Position numbers and translations under genes: made by a program | Assembly: GCA_964587155.1 (NCBI GenBank) | Contig: CAZPKF010000004.1 | Span: forward strand, 63,752 to 127,751 | DNA from: an uncultured Fibrobacter sp. | GTDB taxonomy: Bacteria > Fibrobacterota > Fibrobacteria > Fibrobacterales > Fibrobacteraceae | Direction: 5' to 3' | DNA length: 64,000 nt | Shown: positions 54,308 to 64,000 of the stretch, one piece after another | How the letters are laid out: each line of letters starts with the position of its first letter | Position numbering within the stretch: the stretch's first letter is position 1 | Notes under the pieces: generated by a model | The model's input: only the letters and a program-made list of their open reading frames with translations | What the model was told of the DNA's origin: nothing | Databases searched by the model: none

Positions 54308-55459
54308 TTATTCCGCGGAACATCCCGGAATAGCGGATAATTGCGGACGGGCAAGAAGTGCGCGGACATGGTAAAGAGAGTCCGGATCCATCTGGGTCAC
54401 TCCAAGGACCCCGTCGGCTATGCGGGCATTCAAATTTTCAATGTTCCCCCAGGCCTTGTTGTACCCAGTGCCGTAACCGCCCGCGTCGTATCCGGCATCG
54501 GCTAAAATCGGTTTGTTCAGCAGTGAAGAAATTTCTTTCCACGTTGTCTTGTTCGCCGAACGGATTTTTTCACTTCCAGCCAAAGTTCTCCCTCCGGATG
54601 TGCTCGCAAAATCAACTCGGGAAAGATCAAAGTTCGAATACCAAGCCGCCTGATCCGCTACCCAAGGCGAAATGTCGATGGCGATTTTAGACCCCGGAAG
54701 ATACGCTTTGATTGTATCGACAATTTGATTGAAAAGAGCTCCCATGACAGAATCGGGAATGCCTCCGTTATTTTGTACGACAGAATCATATTGCGCTTTT
54801 TGATTCGATCCCGATTCAGAATACTGGTAAAAATCCGGTTCAATGAGCCAAATAAATTGCACCGTATCTGGATCTTGGGAATAGAAAAATTCGATGTGTT
54901 CCCGGAATCCGGCTGCATATTGCTTGTATCGGTAAAGGATGGAATCTTGAAAATAATTTCGGATTAAATCCGCTCCATCTGTGCATAGATTGGATTTTCC
55001 CTTGTTGACATCGCAATCGCCTAAATCATGATCCTTGCCAAATTCCGCGATGACGTAAGCGTAAATCATGGGAGTCGCCTGCACGGTGCGCGTCATGTCG
55101 AACATCCGTTCTTCGAACGCGTTGAAAAAGTCGTTATCTCCCAACCAAACGGAAATGTAATCCAGACCGACGTAAAAAGCAGAATCTTCGTGCGCGGCCT
55201 GCCAGCCCGCTCCAAAATTGAACTGACACGGCGAAAATCCTTTTTGGTGCACAAAGGGAGATGCAGAAGAAACCGATTGCTGCGGCGAAGAACTCGATGA
55301 AGAAGCTTCGAATGTTTCCGAAGAAATTCCCACGTCTGCAGAAGAAAGCGGTGATTCTAATGGTGGTTGTTCAACATCGGCAGATGCAGAGGAGTCCGAA
55401 GAACAAGCCGAAAACAATAAACAATTTACGGCAAAAAAAACGATACCCAATTGGCGCAT
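54308..55459 (-). CDS. Secreted lipoprotein, putative glycoside hydrolase of unrecognised family
   Basis: Internal ATG at 55459, preceded by AGGAGA, gives MRQLGIVFFAVNCLLFSAC (lipobox). A Ser-rich linker precedes a globular domain of about 330 aa that contains FIWLIEPDFYQY. Confidence 0.6.
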   Translation of the reverse strand: MRQLGIVFFAVNCLLFSACSSDSSASADVEQPPLESPLSSADVGISSETFEASSSSSSPQQSVSSASPFVHQKGFSPCQFNFGAGWQAAHEDSAFYVGLDYISVWLGDNDFFNAFEERMFDMTRTVQATPMIYAYVIAEFGKDHDLGDCDVNKGKSNLCTDGADLIRNYFQDSILYRYKQYAAGFREHIEFFYSQDPDTVQFIWLIEPDFYQYSESGSNQKAQYDSVVQNNGGIPDSVMGALFNQIVDTIKAYLPGSKIAIDISPWVADQAAWYSNFDLSRVDFASTSGGRTLAGSEKIRSANKTTWKEISSLLNKPILADAGYDAGGYGTGYNKAWGNIENLNARIADGVLGVTQMDPDSLYHVRALLARPQLSAIPGCSAE

Positions 55460-55607
55460 AAACGCATTTCTCCTTTTCCGACTTACACACAACCCATCAA
55501 AATTTAGATAAAATCCCCTTTTCGAAAAAAAGCCAAAATATGTTTTACATATCAAAACAGATTCCGCCGAGTTTTGCCGACAATTTCGAAAAATCCAATC
55601 CATTTTC

Positions 55608-55615
55608 TATATTTG
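55608..55615 (+). promoter_or_regulatory. Candidate -7 box TATATTTG abutting the kinase start codon
   Basis: Exact TAnnTTTG ending 6 nt before the ATG at 55622. Confidence 0.35.
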
Positions 55616-55621
55616 CCCAGT

Positions 55622-56686
55622 ATGGCATCCATCATCGACGATTCTCAATCCCAAGAGGAAACCAAGGACGGGACAAAAACAGCCCGAAAGCGTTCCCGCC
55701 CCGCCAAAATAGGCGGATATGCCCCCATTCGAAAAATCGGTCAGGGAGCCATGGGCGATGTTTGGCTGTGCGAAGACCCTTCTCTTTGCCGACGCGTCGT
55801 CGTGAAACAGATGCTGCCCAGCTTGCGCGGATACGAAGATTTGATAGCCCGATTCAAACGGGAATGCGTCTTGCTAGCCAACTTGCATCACCCGAATATC
55901 GTTCACCCCTATGCTCTTTGGCAAGAACGTACGGGAAAACTTTCCCTCGCCATGGAATATGTCGACGGCAAAACTTTTCGAGAAATTTTAGAAGTACAGA
56001 ATCGCCCTCCTGTTTGGACAATCCTGTACATGATTCATGAAATTCTACAGGCACTCATCTGCGTTCACGCAAACCAAATCATTCACCGTGATTTGAAACC
56101 TTCGAACATGATGGTGGAAAAAAACGGCCGCGTTCGGCTTTTGGACTTCGGCATTGCCAGGGATGCAAATCCCGGACAAGACATGACTCTCCCGGGGAGC
56201 GTCCTTGGGACAGCCGCCTATATGAGTCCGGAACAAGTCCGGGGGTTCACCGTCACTTACGCTTCGGATCTTTTCAGTTTGGGAATCATCGCTTGTGAAA
56301 TGGCCATGGGAAAGAATCCGTTCCGCGGAGAATCCATGGAGCTCACGTCTCAATACATTTTAAACCTAAATCTGAAACTGAAAAATTTTCCACCGGAAAT
56401 TCCTTACAGTTTGCGCCGCTGGATTTTGAAATGCCTGGAGAAGAAGCCTCAAAATCGATTTGAATCGACCAAAGAAGCTGCGGACTCTCTCGCTGCGATT
56501 ATGGACGGCTATCCCCGACAACTGGATATTCCCATGCGGAAATGGATGACCGCGACAATGCGCAACGAACCCCTGCCGCAAATTCCCCGAAACTCCCGAA
56601 TGACGATACTTAAAATCGGTCTTGGTGCGGGTGCCGTAGCCGGTGCGGTTCTTGCCTCTTTCATCACCGTTTTGATTTGCCGATAA
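55622..56686 (+). CDS. Hanks-type Ser/Thr protein kinase with C-terminal TM anchor
   Basis: GQGAMGDVW...VVVKQM (ATP site), HRDLKPSNMMV, DFGIA, and SPEQ. C-terminal helix GAGAVAGAVLASFITVLI. Confidence 0.88.
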   Translation: MASIIDDSQSQEETKDGTKTARKRSRPAKIGGYAPIRKIGQGAMGDVWLCEDPSLCRRVVVKQMLPSLRGYEDLIARFKRECVLLANLHHPNIVHPYALWQERTGKLSLAMEYVDGKTFREILEVQNRPPVWTILYMIHEILQALICVHANQIIHRDLKPSNMMVEKNGRVRLLDFGIARDANPGQDMTLPGSVLGTAAYMSPEQVRGFTVTYASDLFSLGIIACEMAMGKNPFRGESMELTSQYILNLNLKLKNFPPEIPYSLRRWILKCLEKKPQNRFESTKEAADSLAAIMDGYPRQLDIPMRKWMTATMRNEPLPQIPRNSRMTILKIGLGAGAVAGAVLASFITVLICR

Positions 56687-56687
56687 C

Positions 56688-57278
56688 ATGGGAAACTGGA
56701 TTGACATTTTTTGCGCATCCCTTCTCCTGATTCTCACTGGAGTGGGCGCTTATTTTGGACTTGTCAAAAGTCTTGTACACTTGGCGGCCTGGATTGGTGG
56801 AGCCGTTGGCGTTTTTCTCGCACCGGAAATTTTAGGACCCTTTCTCGCCGATAATTTTGAATTTTCCGAAACGGCACAAATCATTTTTGTCCGCGTTTTC
56901 GGTTTCTTGATTCCCTTTTTGGCTCTCCGCATCGTAGGGCATTTTATCAATAAATTCATCAAAAAACATTTTTCCGCCTTCAACGCCCTAGGAGGAGCGG
57001 CAATCGGTTTGGTGAAAGGGCTCATTCCATGCCTGATATTACTGTCGACTTTATATGTTTTACCTCTTAGCGGAAATTTGAAATCCGAACGAAATTCTGC
57101 CGTCGCTTATCGGATTTACGTTTACTTGTTGATAGAATCTGGGACGGACAAAGCCATTTTCAACGCAAAAACGTCTGTGGAAAATGCGATTACAGAAAAA
57201 GTCAATACGACAATAGATAGCGCAAAAGCCGGCGCAGAAAGAGCTGTTTTAAAATCGCTTCCGCAACCGTTGCGATAA
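56688..57278 (+). CDS. cvpA: CvpA-family membrane protein
   Basis: MGNWIDIFCASLLLILTGVGAYFGLVKSL... with four hydrophobic spans, typical of CvpA (colicin V production protein). Confidence 0.78.
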   Translation: MGNWIDIFCASLLLILTGVGAYFGLVKSLVHLAAWIGGAVGVFLAPEILGPFLADNFEFSETAQIIFVRVFGFLIPFLALRIVGHFINKFIKKHFSAFNALGGAAIGLVKGLIPCLILLSTLYVLPLSGNLKSERNSAVAYRIYVYLLIESGTDKAIFNAKTSVENAITEKVNTTIDSAKAGAERAVLKSLPQPLR

Positions 57279-57401
57279 TTTTCATCCTTAAACTCTAATT
57301 TGATTTCCATTTCGCAAAACGGCTCTCGATTTTGCATTCGAAAGGCGGCTTTCCGCTGTCTTTTTTTGGCGCACCTCGGAAAAAGATGTCTTATTCCGCA
57401 T

Positions 57402-57440
57402 AAAAAAATCCCGAAAGCCAGACGACTTTCGGGATTTTTC
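57402..57440. terminator. Bidirectional terminator between cvpA and frdB
   Basis: Perfect 14-bp stem AAAAATCCCGAAAG / CTTTCGGGATTTTT with an 8-nt loop. Confidence 0.85.
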
Positions 57441-57458
57441 AATCTCGTTTGAAAACGA

Positions 57459-58241
57459 TTACATGTCCTTGCCGTATACCTTTTCGGCATACGTTGCTGT
57501 CGCCATCAGATATTCGCGGTTCATCTTGGCGATGTAATCCACGGTGATACCCTTCGGGCAAGCAGCCTGGCATTCGTAAAGGTTCGTGCAATTGCCGAAT
57601 CCTTCCTTGTCCATCTGAGCGACCATCGCGAGTACACGCTTTTTCGCTTCCACTTTACCTTGCGGCAAGTAAGAAAGATGGCTGACCTTCGCCGAAACGA
57701 AGAGCATTGCAGAAGAATTTTTACAAGCGGCAACGCAAGCACCACAACCGATGCAAGCGGCGGCATCAAAGGCGCGATCCGCTTGATCCTTGGGTACAGG
57801 AATCGACGCCGCTTCCGGAGCCGCACCTGTATTCACGTTCACGAAACCACCCGCTTGAATGATTCTATCAAACGCACCGCGGTTTACTACGCAATCCTTG
57901 ATGACTGGGAATGCGGATGCGCGCCACGGTTCAATCACGATCGTGTCGCCGTCTTTGAACTTACGCATGTGAAGTTGGCATGTGGTAATCGCATGGTCAG
58001 GACCGTGCGGCATCCCGTTGATGACCAAAGAGCACATGCCGCAAATGCCTTCACGGCAATCGTGGTCAAATGCAAATCCTTCACGGCCTTGCTTCATTTC
58101 ACGGTCGTTCACGATGTCGAGCATTTCGAGGAAAGACATATCCGGGGAAATGCCGTCGATTTTGACAGTTTCGAACTGGCCTTTTGTCTTGGCGTTCTTC
58201 TGACGCCAAATTTTGAGTGTCAAATGCATATTGTCGCTCAT
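57459..58241 (-). CDS. frdB: Fumarate reductase/succinate dehydrogenase iron-sulfur subunit
   Basis: Cys clusters [23 protein letters not shown] and [15 protein letters not shown]. The ATG at 58241 overlaps the frdA stop by 1 nt. Confidence 0.92.
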   Translation of the reverse strand: MSDNMHLTLKIWRQKNAKTKGQFETVKIDGISPDMSFLEMLDIVNDREMKQGREGFAFDHDCREGICGMCSLVINGMPHGPDHAITTCQLHMRKFKDGDTIVIEPWRASAFPVIKDCVVNRGAFDRIIQAGGFVNVNTGAAPEAASIPVPKDQADRAFDAAACIGCGACVAACKNSSAMLFVSAKVSHLSYLPQGKVEAKKRVLAMVAQMDKEGFGNCTNLYECQAACPKGITVDYIAKMNREYLMATATYAEKVYGKDM

Positions 58242-60154
58242 TATTTGTAACTCCGCGTCACGAGGTGAACATTGTCGAATGTGAGAGGTTCCTTGGAAAG
58301 TTCCGGATTTTGTCCTTCGCCCTTGTATTCCCAAGCTCCAACGTAGCAGAAGTGTTCATCGTCGCGCATGGCTTCGCCTTCTGCAGTTTGGTGCTCTTCG
58401 CGGAAATGTCCGCCACAAGATTCTTCGCGATGCAAAGCGTCGCGGGCAAGGAGTTCCGCAAATTCGAGGAAGTCTGCCACATGGTTCGCATTTTCGAGGT
58501 TCTGGTTGAAATCCCCTTCGCCACCGAGAACATTTGCGTTCTCCCAGAATTCCGCACGGATTTCCGGAATGCGTTCAAGAGCCTTTTCAAGGCCAGCCTT
58601 GTTTCTGCCCATGCCAACATAGTCCCACATCACCTGACCGAGTTCGCGGTGAATTTCGGAGACGTTCTTCTTGCCGTGAATGTTCAGAATCTTGTTCAAA
58701 CGCTCCATGGTCTGGGCTTCTGCTTCCTTAAACGCCGGATCCGAAGCAGAAACCTTTTCGAGTTTCGTGCCCGCGAAGTAGCCGCCAATGGTATAAGGAA
58801 TTACGAAGTATCCATCGGAAAGTCCCTGCATCAGAGCAGAGGCTCCAAGACGGTTCGCACCGTGATCAGAGAAGTTCGCTTCGCCGAGGACAAAGCAGCC
58901 CGGAATCGTACTCATCAGGTTGTAATCCACCCAAAGCCCGCCCATGGTATAGTGGCTGGCCGGATAGATGCGCATCGGAACCTTGTAAGGATCCTCATCC
59001 GTGATTTTTTCATACATCTGGAAAAGGTTGCCGTATTTAGCAGAAACACCGGCAACACCCATCCGCTTAATCGCATCGGCAAAATCAAGATATACAGCGC
59101 GTTTTGTTGCACCGACACCCATGCCTTGGTCACAAACCATCTTCGCATTGCGAGATGCCACATCACGCGGAACGAGGTTGCCAAACGACGGATAACGTTC
59201 TTCCAAATAGTAATACCGTTCGCTTTCCGGAATTTCATTGGCAGGACGTGTATCGCCAACTTTCTTCGGAACCCAAATTCGGCCATCGTTACGGAGAGAT
59301 TCACTCATCAAAGTGAGCTTCGATTGGTGATCGCCTGTAACCGGAATGCACGTCGGGTGAATTTGTGTGTAGCAGGGGTTTGCAAAAAGAGCGCCCTTTT
59401 TGTAAGCTTGCCAAGCGGGGCTGACATTACATCCCTTCGCATTCGTCGAAAGATAGAACACGTTGCCGTAACCACCGGTTGCAAGACAGACCGCATCCGC
59501 TTCATAGCTTTCAAGAGCGCCTGTAATAAGGTTGCGCACCACAATGCCGCGGGCCTTTCCGTCAATGACGACCAAATCTTGCATGTCGCGGCGCGGGAAA
59601 ATTTTCACCGAGCCCTTGGCAACTTGACGCATCAAAGCTTGATAAGCGCCGAGCAAAAGTTGCTGACCGGTCTGTCCACGAGCGTAGAATGTACGGGAAA
59701 CCTGAGTACCGCCGAAGGAACGGTTGGCCAAAAGTCCACCGTAATCACGTCCAAAGGGAACGCCTTGGGCCACGCACTGGTCAATGATCAAATTCGAGTT
59801 TTCCGCAAGGCGGTGCACGTTCGCTTCGCGAGCGCGGAAGTCTCCGCCCTTGACGGTATCATAGAAAAGACGATAAACCGAGTCGCCGTCATTCGTGTAA
59901 TTTTTCGCAGCGTTGATACCGCCCTGAGCAGCAATCGAGTGGGCGCGGCGCGGAGAATCCTGATAGCAGAAAGCCATCACGTTGTATCCGAGTTCGCCGA
60001 GAGATGCGGCAGCAGAAGCACCAGCAAGACCCGTACCAACGACAATGACCTTGAATTTACGTTTGTTTGTCGGATTCACCAATTTAAGTTCGAACTTATG
60101 GCGCGTCCACTTTTCGGAGATGGAACCACCGGGAATATGTGCATCCAAAATCAT
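58241..60154 (-). CDS. frdA: Fumarate reductase/succinate dehydrogenase flavoprotein subunit
   Basis: FAD motif [28 protein letters not shown] (covalent-FAD His context), and HYTMGG. Confidence 0.95.
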   Translation of the reverse strand: MILDAHIPGGSISEKWTRHKFELKLVNPTNKRKFKVIVVGTGLAGASAAASLGELGYNVMAFCYQDSPRRAHSIAAQGGINAAKNYTNDGDSVYRLFYDTVKGGDFRAREANVHRLAENSNLIIDQCVAQGVPFGRDYGGLLANRSFGGTQVSRTFYARGQTGQQLLLGAYQALMRQVAKGSVKIFPRRDMQDLVVIDGKARGIVVRNLITGALESYEADAVCLATGGYGNVFYLSTNAKGCNVSPAWQAYKKGALFANPCYTQIHPTCIPVTGDHQSKLTLMSESLRNDGRIWVPKKVGDTRPANEIPESERYYYLEERYPSFGNLVPRDVASRNAKMVCDQGMGVGATKRAVYLDFADAIKRMGVAGVSAKYGNLFQMYEKITDEDPYKVPMRIYPASHYTMGGLWVDYNLMSTIPGCFVLGEANFSDHGANRLGASALMQGLSDGYFVIPYTIGGYFAGTKLEKVSASDPAFKEAEAQTMERLNKILNIHGKKNVSEIHRELGQVMWDYVGMGRNKAGLEKALERIPEIRAEFWENANVLGGEGDFNQNLENANHVADFLEFAELLARDALHREESCGGHFREEHQTAEGEAMRDDEHFCYVGAWEYKGEGQNPELSKEPLTFDNVHLVTRSYK

Positions 60155-60155
60155 A

Positions 60156-61004
60156 TTAGCGATCTCCTTCTACGATATACGAAACCTGAAATTCGTCTGC
60201 GGAAACAGAGAAAGAAATTTTCTTCGCTTTAGCAGCTTCTTCTTGAACCTTTTGTTTGCCTTCGAGCTCAATCTGCTTTTGGTGAGAAGCATTGCGCAAC
60301 GCTTCTGTGCCCGGCTGATGGGCAATGTAGCAGCTGAAAGCAGCTTCGAAAGCGAATCCCAACGCAACAACCACGCTGTAAACAACACCGATGATTTCAA
60401 TAATCGGTGTCCATTTCTGGTGGGCAATGCCAAGCGTCTGGAACGCAGAAGCAATCGCATGGAACAGGTGCATGCCAATAACAAACATGCTGATCAGGTA
60501 GAAGACTGTCCAAATCGGATTTGCAAACATATCAATTGTGGTGAGCCACATATCGCGAATCACTTCGCCGGCTTCATTTTCATACAGATAATGCGTACCG
60601 AATTTGAGGACCATCAAATGTTGAATGACAAAACCCAACACGAAAAGACCAGACCAGATCATGGTGAAGCTGGCAAACGTTTTATGGCCTTTGCGGGCGT
60701 TCACTTCATAAGCTTCGGGGCCGCGCGCCTTGCGGTTTTCAAGCTTCAACTTGATAGCCAAAAAGACGTGGATGAAGAAAATGGCAATGAGCCCAATTTC
60801 TATGAAGTAGATGATGGGCTTCATTCCCGTCAACAGTTGCGTGTAAGCGTTATAATGCGCCTGCGCCGCGGATTGGTCCAGGTTTACAAGCTGCAAGTTG
60901 CCTATCATGTGCCCTAAAATGAAGAGCGCAATCATGGCCCCCGTGCAACCCATAATCTGCTTCTTTCCGATGGAGGAAGTCAGATATTTGATGATCCATT
61001 GCAT
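60156..61004 (-). CDS. frdC: Fumarate reductase/succinate dehydrogenase cytochrome b subunit (b558-type)
   Basis: Five hydrophobic helices with conserved His contexts ([38 protein letters not shown]). The ATG at 61004 is preceded by AGGAGA. Confidence 0.8.
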   Translation of the reverse strand: MQWIIKYLTSSIGKKQIMGCTGAMIALFILGHMIGNLQLVNLDQSAAQAHYNAYTQLLTGMKPIIYFIEIGLIAIFFIHVFLAIKLKLENRKARGPEAYEVNARKGHKTFASFTMIWSGLFVLGFVIQHLMVLKFGTHYLYENEAGEVIRDMWLTTIDMFANPIWTVFYLISMFVIGMHLFHAIASAFQTLGIAHQKWTPIIEIIGVVYSVVVALGFAFEAAFSCYIAHQPGTEALRNASHQKQIELEGKQKVQEEAAKAKKISFSVSADEFQVSYIVEGDR

Positions 61005-61039
61005 GTGGTTTTTGTCTCCTTGTGTGATGTTGACTAAGA

Positions 61040-61495
61040 TTAACCGAGGACTTTGCAAGCTTTTTGAGAAGCCGCGTCGTATTCGTAAAGATCTTCCTTC
61101 TTGAACCAGAAGGCAACTTCGCGTTCCGCACTGGCAGGGCTGTCGGAACTGTGCACAACGTTTTCCGTCATGGACGGGGCGAAATCAAAGCGGAGAGTTC
61201 CCGGTTCCGCTTTTTCCGGATTCGTCGCACCGTTGATCGCGCGCACCTTGGCAATTGCATTTTCACCGGCAAGGGCAATCATGACAGAAGGACCCGCCGT
61301 CATATACGCTTCCAATTCGGGGAAGAAAGGCTTGTTCACGTGTTCTGCATAAAACCCGCGAGCATCCTCCGAAGTCATCTGGTGCATTTTGAGCCCGACA
61401 ATAGAAAGCCGCGCACTCGTGTATCTATCCAAGATTCGACCGATTAGACCGGATTTCACACCGTTCGGTTTGATCATGGCAAATGTCATTTCCAT
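61040..61495 (-). CDS. ndk: Nucleoside diphosphate kinase
   Basis: MEMTFAMIKPNGV..., and the NVVHSSDS active-site His context. Confidence 0.95.
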   Translation of the reverse strand: MEMTFAMIKPNGVKSGLIGRILDRYTSARLSIVGLKMHQMTSEDARGFYAEHVNKPFFPELEAYMTAGPSVMIALAGENAIAKVRAINGATNPEKAEPGTLRFDFAPSMTENVVHSSDSPASAEREVAFWFKKEDLYEYDAASQKACKVLG

Positions 61496-61534
61496 ATAAT
61501 TACCGCCTTAATCTAAGGGTTGCTTTAATATAGT

Positions 61535-63601
61535 TTAATTCAAAGAATTTTCCTGTTTAGAAATTTTTTCGTTGAGCTCTTCCGTGAGCTTTCCGCCGCT
61601 TTCAATATCCCGAAGAAGCCATTCAACATCGCCCTTCATTTCACTTTGAGGATACTTTCGCAAAAATTCTTGGAACAAAGCTTTCGCTAGAGAATCATTT
61701 TTCACGTTTTCGCGGAGAATGAACGCCCGGCTGAACAGCGCTTTTTCGGCAAAAGGCGAATCCGGCCACAGGGCGCAGTAAGCGGCATAATCCTTTTCGG
61801 CATCCGAGAATTTTTCCCGTTCCGCTTCAATTTTGGCGGATTCCAAAATCGACTTGGCGAATAGAGAATCGTTCTCGTCGGCGGCAAGGGCATGAATGCG
61901 CTGCCATGTCACCCAAGCACCCATCAGGTTTCGCGCCTGATAGAAAGAATCCGCCACCACGACTAGTTCTGCCGTTGAATACAAATTCCGATGCGGGAGA
62001 TAAGCACTGTCCACAACGGTAACAGGATATTTAGTCAAAAGATCTCTTCTGTACCGTTCAAACCAGCCCTGCGAGAAATTCTTGGACGCCGAGAGGAAAA
62101 TGCGGATTTTGACGGAATCCAAATCAAGAGTTTTGGGTGCAGAAACCTGGCTGCGGTAATAGCGGTAAAGGAATTCCTTGTCCGGAGTCTGACGGAAAAG
62201 GCCAAGCTCCCCGCGCACATTTTCAAACGGGACATTGGGGAAAAGGGCTGCGCCTATCCGGTCATAGAGGTTCCGCAGAGAATCCTGTGACGAAAAGAAG
62301 CCATTTTGGGCTAGCGAATCGGCAAAAGCTTTTCTGTAAAACGAGATGCGAATGTTTTCTTTCAAGTCTTCAAAGAAGGCACTTCGGTCAAGGCCAGCCT
62401 CTTTTGCAGCCATCGCTTTCAACTTCCAAGTAGAAAGCATCATCACGCAGCGACGGCGAGGATATTCCCTTTTGTAACGCGCCGGCATTTCATTTTTCAA
62501 CATTTGGACGTCCTTTTCTGTCACTAACGGTTTCCCGTTGATCGTCGAAAGGACATAAGCGGAATCCAACGGAAGTTCATCCTGCCCGGATAGTTTCATT
62601 TCGATTTGACCGGCGACCACCTCCAACGGAGCACCATCAAATTCTTCCTTGTGCTCGGCATAATATTTTTCCACTTCCGGATAATGGATAGGTTCCAACC
62701 GGAACTTGTACCGTTCGCGCAAGAGACTGTCCATGTCCGAACTCATCGCACTGCGAATTTCCGACAGGAACTTAGCCCGCAAAACGGAATCGCGGCCCAC
62801 TTCGGGGATAACTTCCGGTGCACGGCGCAAAAGGATCTTGACTACGTAAAATTCCGCGCCATCCCGAAGAAGGCGAATGGCTCCCACAGGCAACGAATCC
62901 TTTCCAAACAAGACTTCGCGGAGAACTTCGCTCTTCATCACGCCGTCTTTAGAGTCCGAGCGGAATGTTTTTTGCATCAACCCTTGAATAGACGACAGAG
63001 AAACTTTCCGGGAAACGAGGTCTTCTTCGACTTTTTTCGCTACGGAAGAATCCGAAGTTGTGGCATACGCCACATTCACTTCCGAAACATTTTGCAAGTC
63101 CAGCTTTTTCTGGATAAAGCGGTGAAGCGAGTCTGCATTTTCCTGCAAATAGAGCCTGTCCGCCACCTTGGCCCAGCACTCTCCGATTTCAAGACAGGAT
63201 TCCGCTGCAAAAGAAGCTTTTTCTGCGTTAAAAAATTTCTGAAGAGCCTCATCGGAAAATCCCAAGTTCTGACCGATGAAATATTCACCGTAAACTTGTG
63301 CCAGAAAGCGGTCTTCCAATTCGCCCATGCGCTTTTGAATTTTCGGATTATCCTTTCCGACTAGATTTTCCGCTTCTTGAAAAATCAACCGGGATTCAAT
63401 CACATTTTCCAAGGCGGCACTTTTCTGACTGGGTTCTACATAAGGCTTAGGCGAAGTCCGCCTTAAAAAATCAACATCCGATTGATGAATGTCGATGCCG
63501 CCGACCCGAGCCACCAGCCGGTCCGAAGGCGTTTCGGCAGAGCAAGCCCAAAAAACAGCGGCAGAAAATGCACAGACTATTCCCAATTGTTTCTTTTTCA
63601 T
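61535..63601 (-). CDS. Periplasmic lipoprotein, SurA-N-like N-terminus and TPR-like C-terminus (possible chaperone)
   Basis: Lipobox AVFWAC. LVARVGGIDIHQSDVDFL resembles the SurA/PpiD N-terminal domain. The C-terminal helical repeats (AEKDYAAYCALWPDSPFAEKALFSRAF...) look TPR/YbgF-like. I recognised no clear rotamase motif. Confidence 0.5.
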   Translation of the reverse strand: MKKKQLGIVCAFSAAVFWACSAETPSDRLVARVGGIDIHQSDVDFLRRTSPKPYVEPSQKSAALENVIESRLIFQEAENLVGKDNPKIQKRMGELEDRFLAQVYGEYFIGQNLGFSDEALQKFFNAEKASFAAESCLEIGECWAKVADRLYLQENADSLHRFIQKKLDLQNVSEVNVAYATTSDSSVAKKVEEDLVSRKVSLSSIQGLMQKTFRSDSKDGVMKSEVLREVLFGKDSLPVGAIRLLRDGAEFYVVKILLRRAPEVIPEVGRDSVLRAKFLSEIRSAMSSDMDSLLRERYKFRLEPIHYPEVEKYYAEHKEEFDGAPLEVVAGQIEMKLSGQDELPLDSAYVLSTINGKPLVTEKDVQMLKNEMPARYKREYPRRRCVMMLSTWKLKAMAAKEAGLDRSAFFEDLKENIRISFYRKAFADSLAQNGFFSSQDSLRNLYDRIGAALFPNVPFENVRGELGLFRQTPDKEFLYRYYRSQVSAPKTLDLDSVKIRIFLSASKNFSQGWFERYRRDLLTKYPVTVVDSAYLPHRNLYSTAELVVVADSFYQARNLMGAWVTWQRIHALAADENDSLFAKSILESAKIEAEREKFSDAEKDYAAYCALWPDSPFAEKALFSRAFILRENVKNDSLAKALFQEFLRKYPQSEMKGDVEWLLRDIESGGKLTEELNEKISKQENSLN

Positions 63602-63622
63602 ATCGGTAAATTCTCCAAGTAA

Positions 63623-63979
63623 TTAAAGTGTTGCCAACGCTTCGTCCAATGTCTTGTGGAGTTCTAGCAATTGGTCTGCGCCAATAATTTCAATGATTTC
63701 CAAAACATTTTCGTTGACATTCGCCACTTTGAATACGCCGCCGACTTCCTTGACTTTTTTGTTTACAAACAAAAGTGCTCCGAGGCCCGTGCTGTTGACA
63801 TAACGCAATCGGGAAAAATCGGCGACAAGCGTTGTCACATCGTCTTTCAAAAGGGCGACCATTTCATTTGACGTTTCTTCTGCATTTGTCGAATCCAAAT
63901 CTCCGACAAAACGCAACAGACGCGCCTGTGGGTGATTTTCAATCTGTTCAATACTCAAAAGTTCCCGATGTTCGTTCAT
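63623..63979 (-). CDS. STAS-domain anti-sigma-factor antagonist (SpoIIAA-like)
   Basis: LLRFVGDLDSTNAEE...DFSRLRYVNSTGLGALL...VANVNENVLEIIEIIG is the typical STAS pattern with a phosphorylatable Ser/Thr in NSTGLG. Confidence 0.85.
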   Translation of the reverse strand: MNEHRELLSIEQIENHPQARLLRFVGDLDSTNAEETSNEMVALLKDDVTTLVADFSRLRYVNSTGLGALLFVNKKVKEVGGVFKVANVNENVLEIIEIIGADQLLELHKTLDEALATL

Positions 63980-64000
63980 ATACCCTCTCGGTTTCTGACA

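Noticed and set aside
58217-60232. 671-aa plus-strand ORF covering the whole frdA locus. Similar antisense ORFs occur at 5019-6251, 12950-14440, 39748-40527 and 62606-63364.
   Set aside because: The opposite strand encodes proteins with unmistakable family motifs. The antisense products are low-complexity, R/F/V-rich, and lack motifs, signal peptides or plausible starts. Codon-aligned phase explains the absence of stops.
60156-61058. Longer frdC ORF start (MQSPRLILVN...) overlapping the ndk stop.
   Set aside because: The ATG at 61004 is preceded by AGGAGA and gives the expected first TM helix. The extension would overlap ndk by 19 nt.

Overview
This 64 kb window looks like a chromosomal core region of an FCB-group bacterium. 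It most resembles Fibrobacter, judged from the plant-cell-wall enzymes with T9SS-like C-terminal tails, a TIGR02147-like protein and a fumarate reductase operon. That assignment is an inference, not a search result. Almost all of the window is coding.

Housekeeping genes recognised:
- Translation and tRNA or rRNA modification: glnS (5' partial), rsmG, trmB, mnmA, an RNase Z-like MBL hydrolase, and an initiator-type tRNA-Met.
- Amino-acid biosynthesis: ilvC, trpE-trpGD, argH, dapF, cysE, and a chorismate mutase-tyrA-aroA-like-nadK operon.
- DNA repair: recN and nth.
- Envelope and energy: bamA-skp and ndk-frdCAB.

Accessory content:
- A minus-strand rhamnogalacturonan-type cluster at 8470-17040 (LamG/DUF2341 protein, PL11 lyase, two CE12 esterases).
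- A modular GH8 enzyme with tandem Ser-rich repeats.
- A tightly coupled five-gene operon of lipoproteins and PEGA-domain membrane proteins at 40458-46180, next to a TIGR02147-like regulator.

Most notable findings:
- A previously unannotated 23-codon leader peptide with three consecutive Trp codons, plus mutually exclusive antiterminator and terminator hairpins, upstream of trpE.
- The uncharacterised five-gene envelope operon, with a perfect 10+6+10 inverted repeat between it and the regulator gene.
- An AroA-fold protein whose canonical active-site motifs look degenerate.
- An orphan short DnaG-like primase.
- Bacteroidetes-style TAnnTTTG boxes that often abut start codons.

No CRISPR array, rRNA gene, integrase or transposase was seen.
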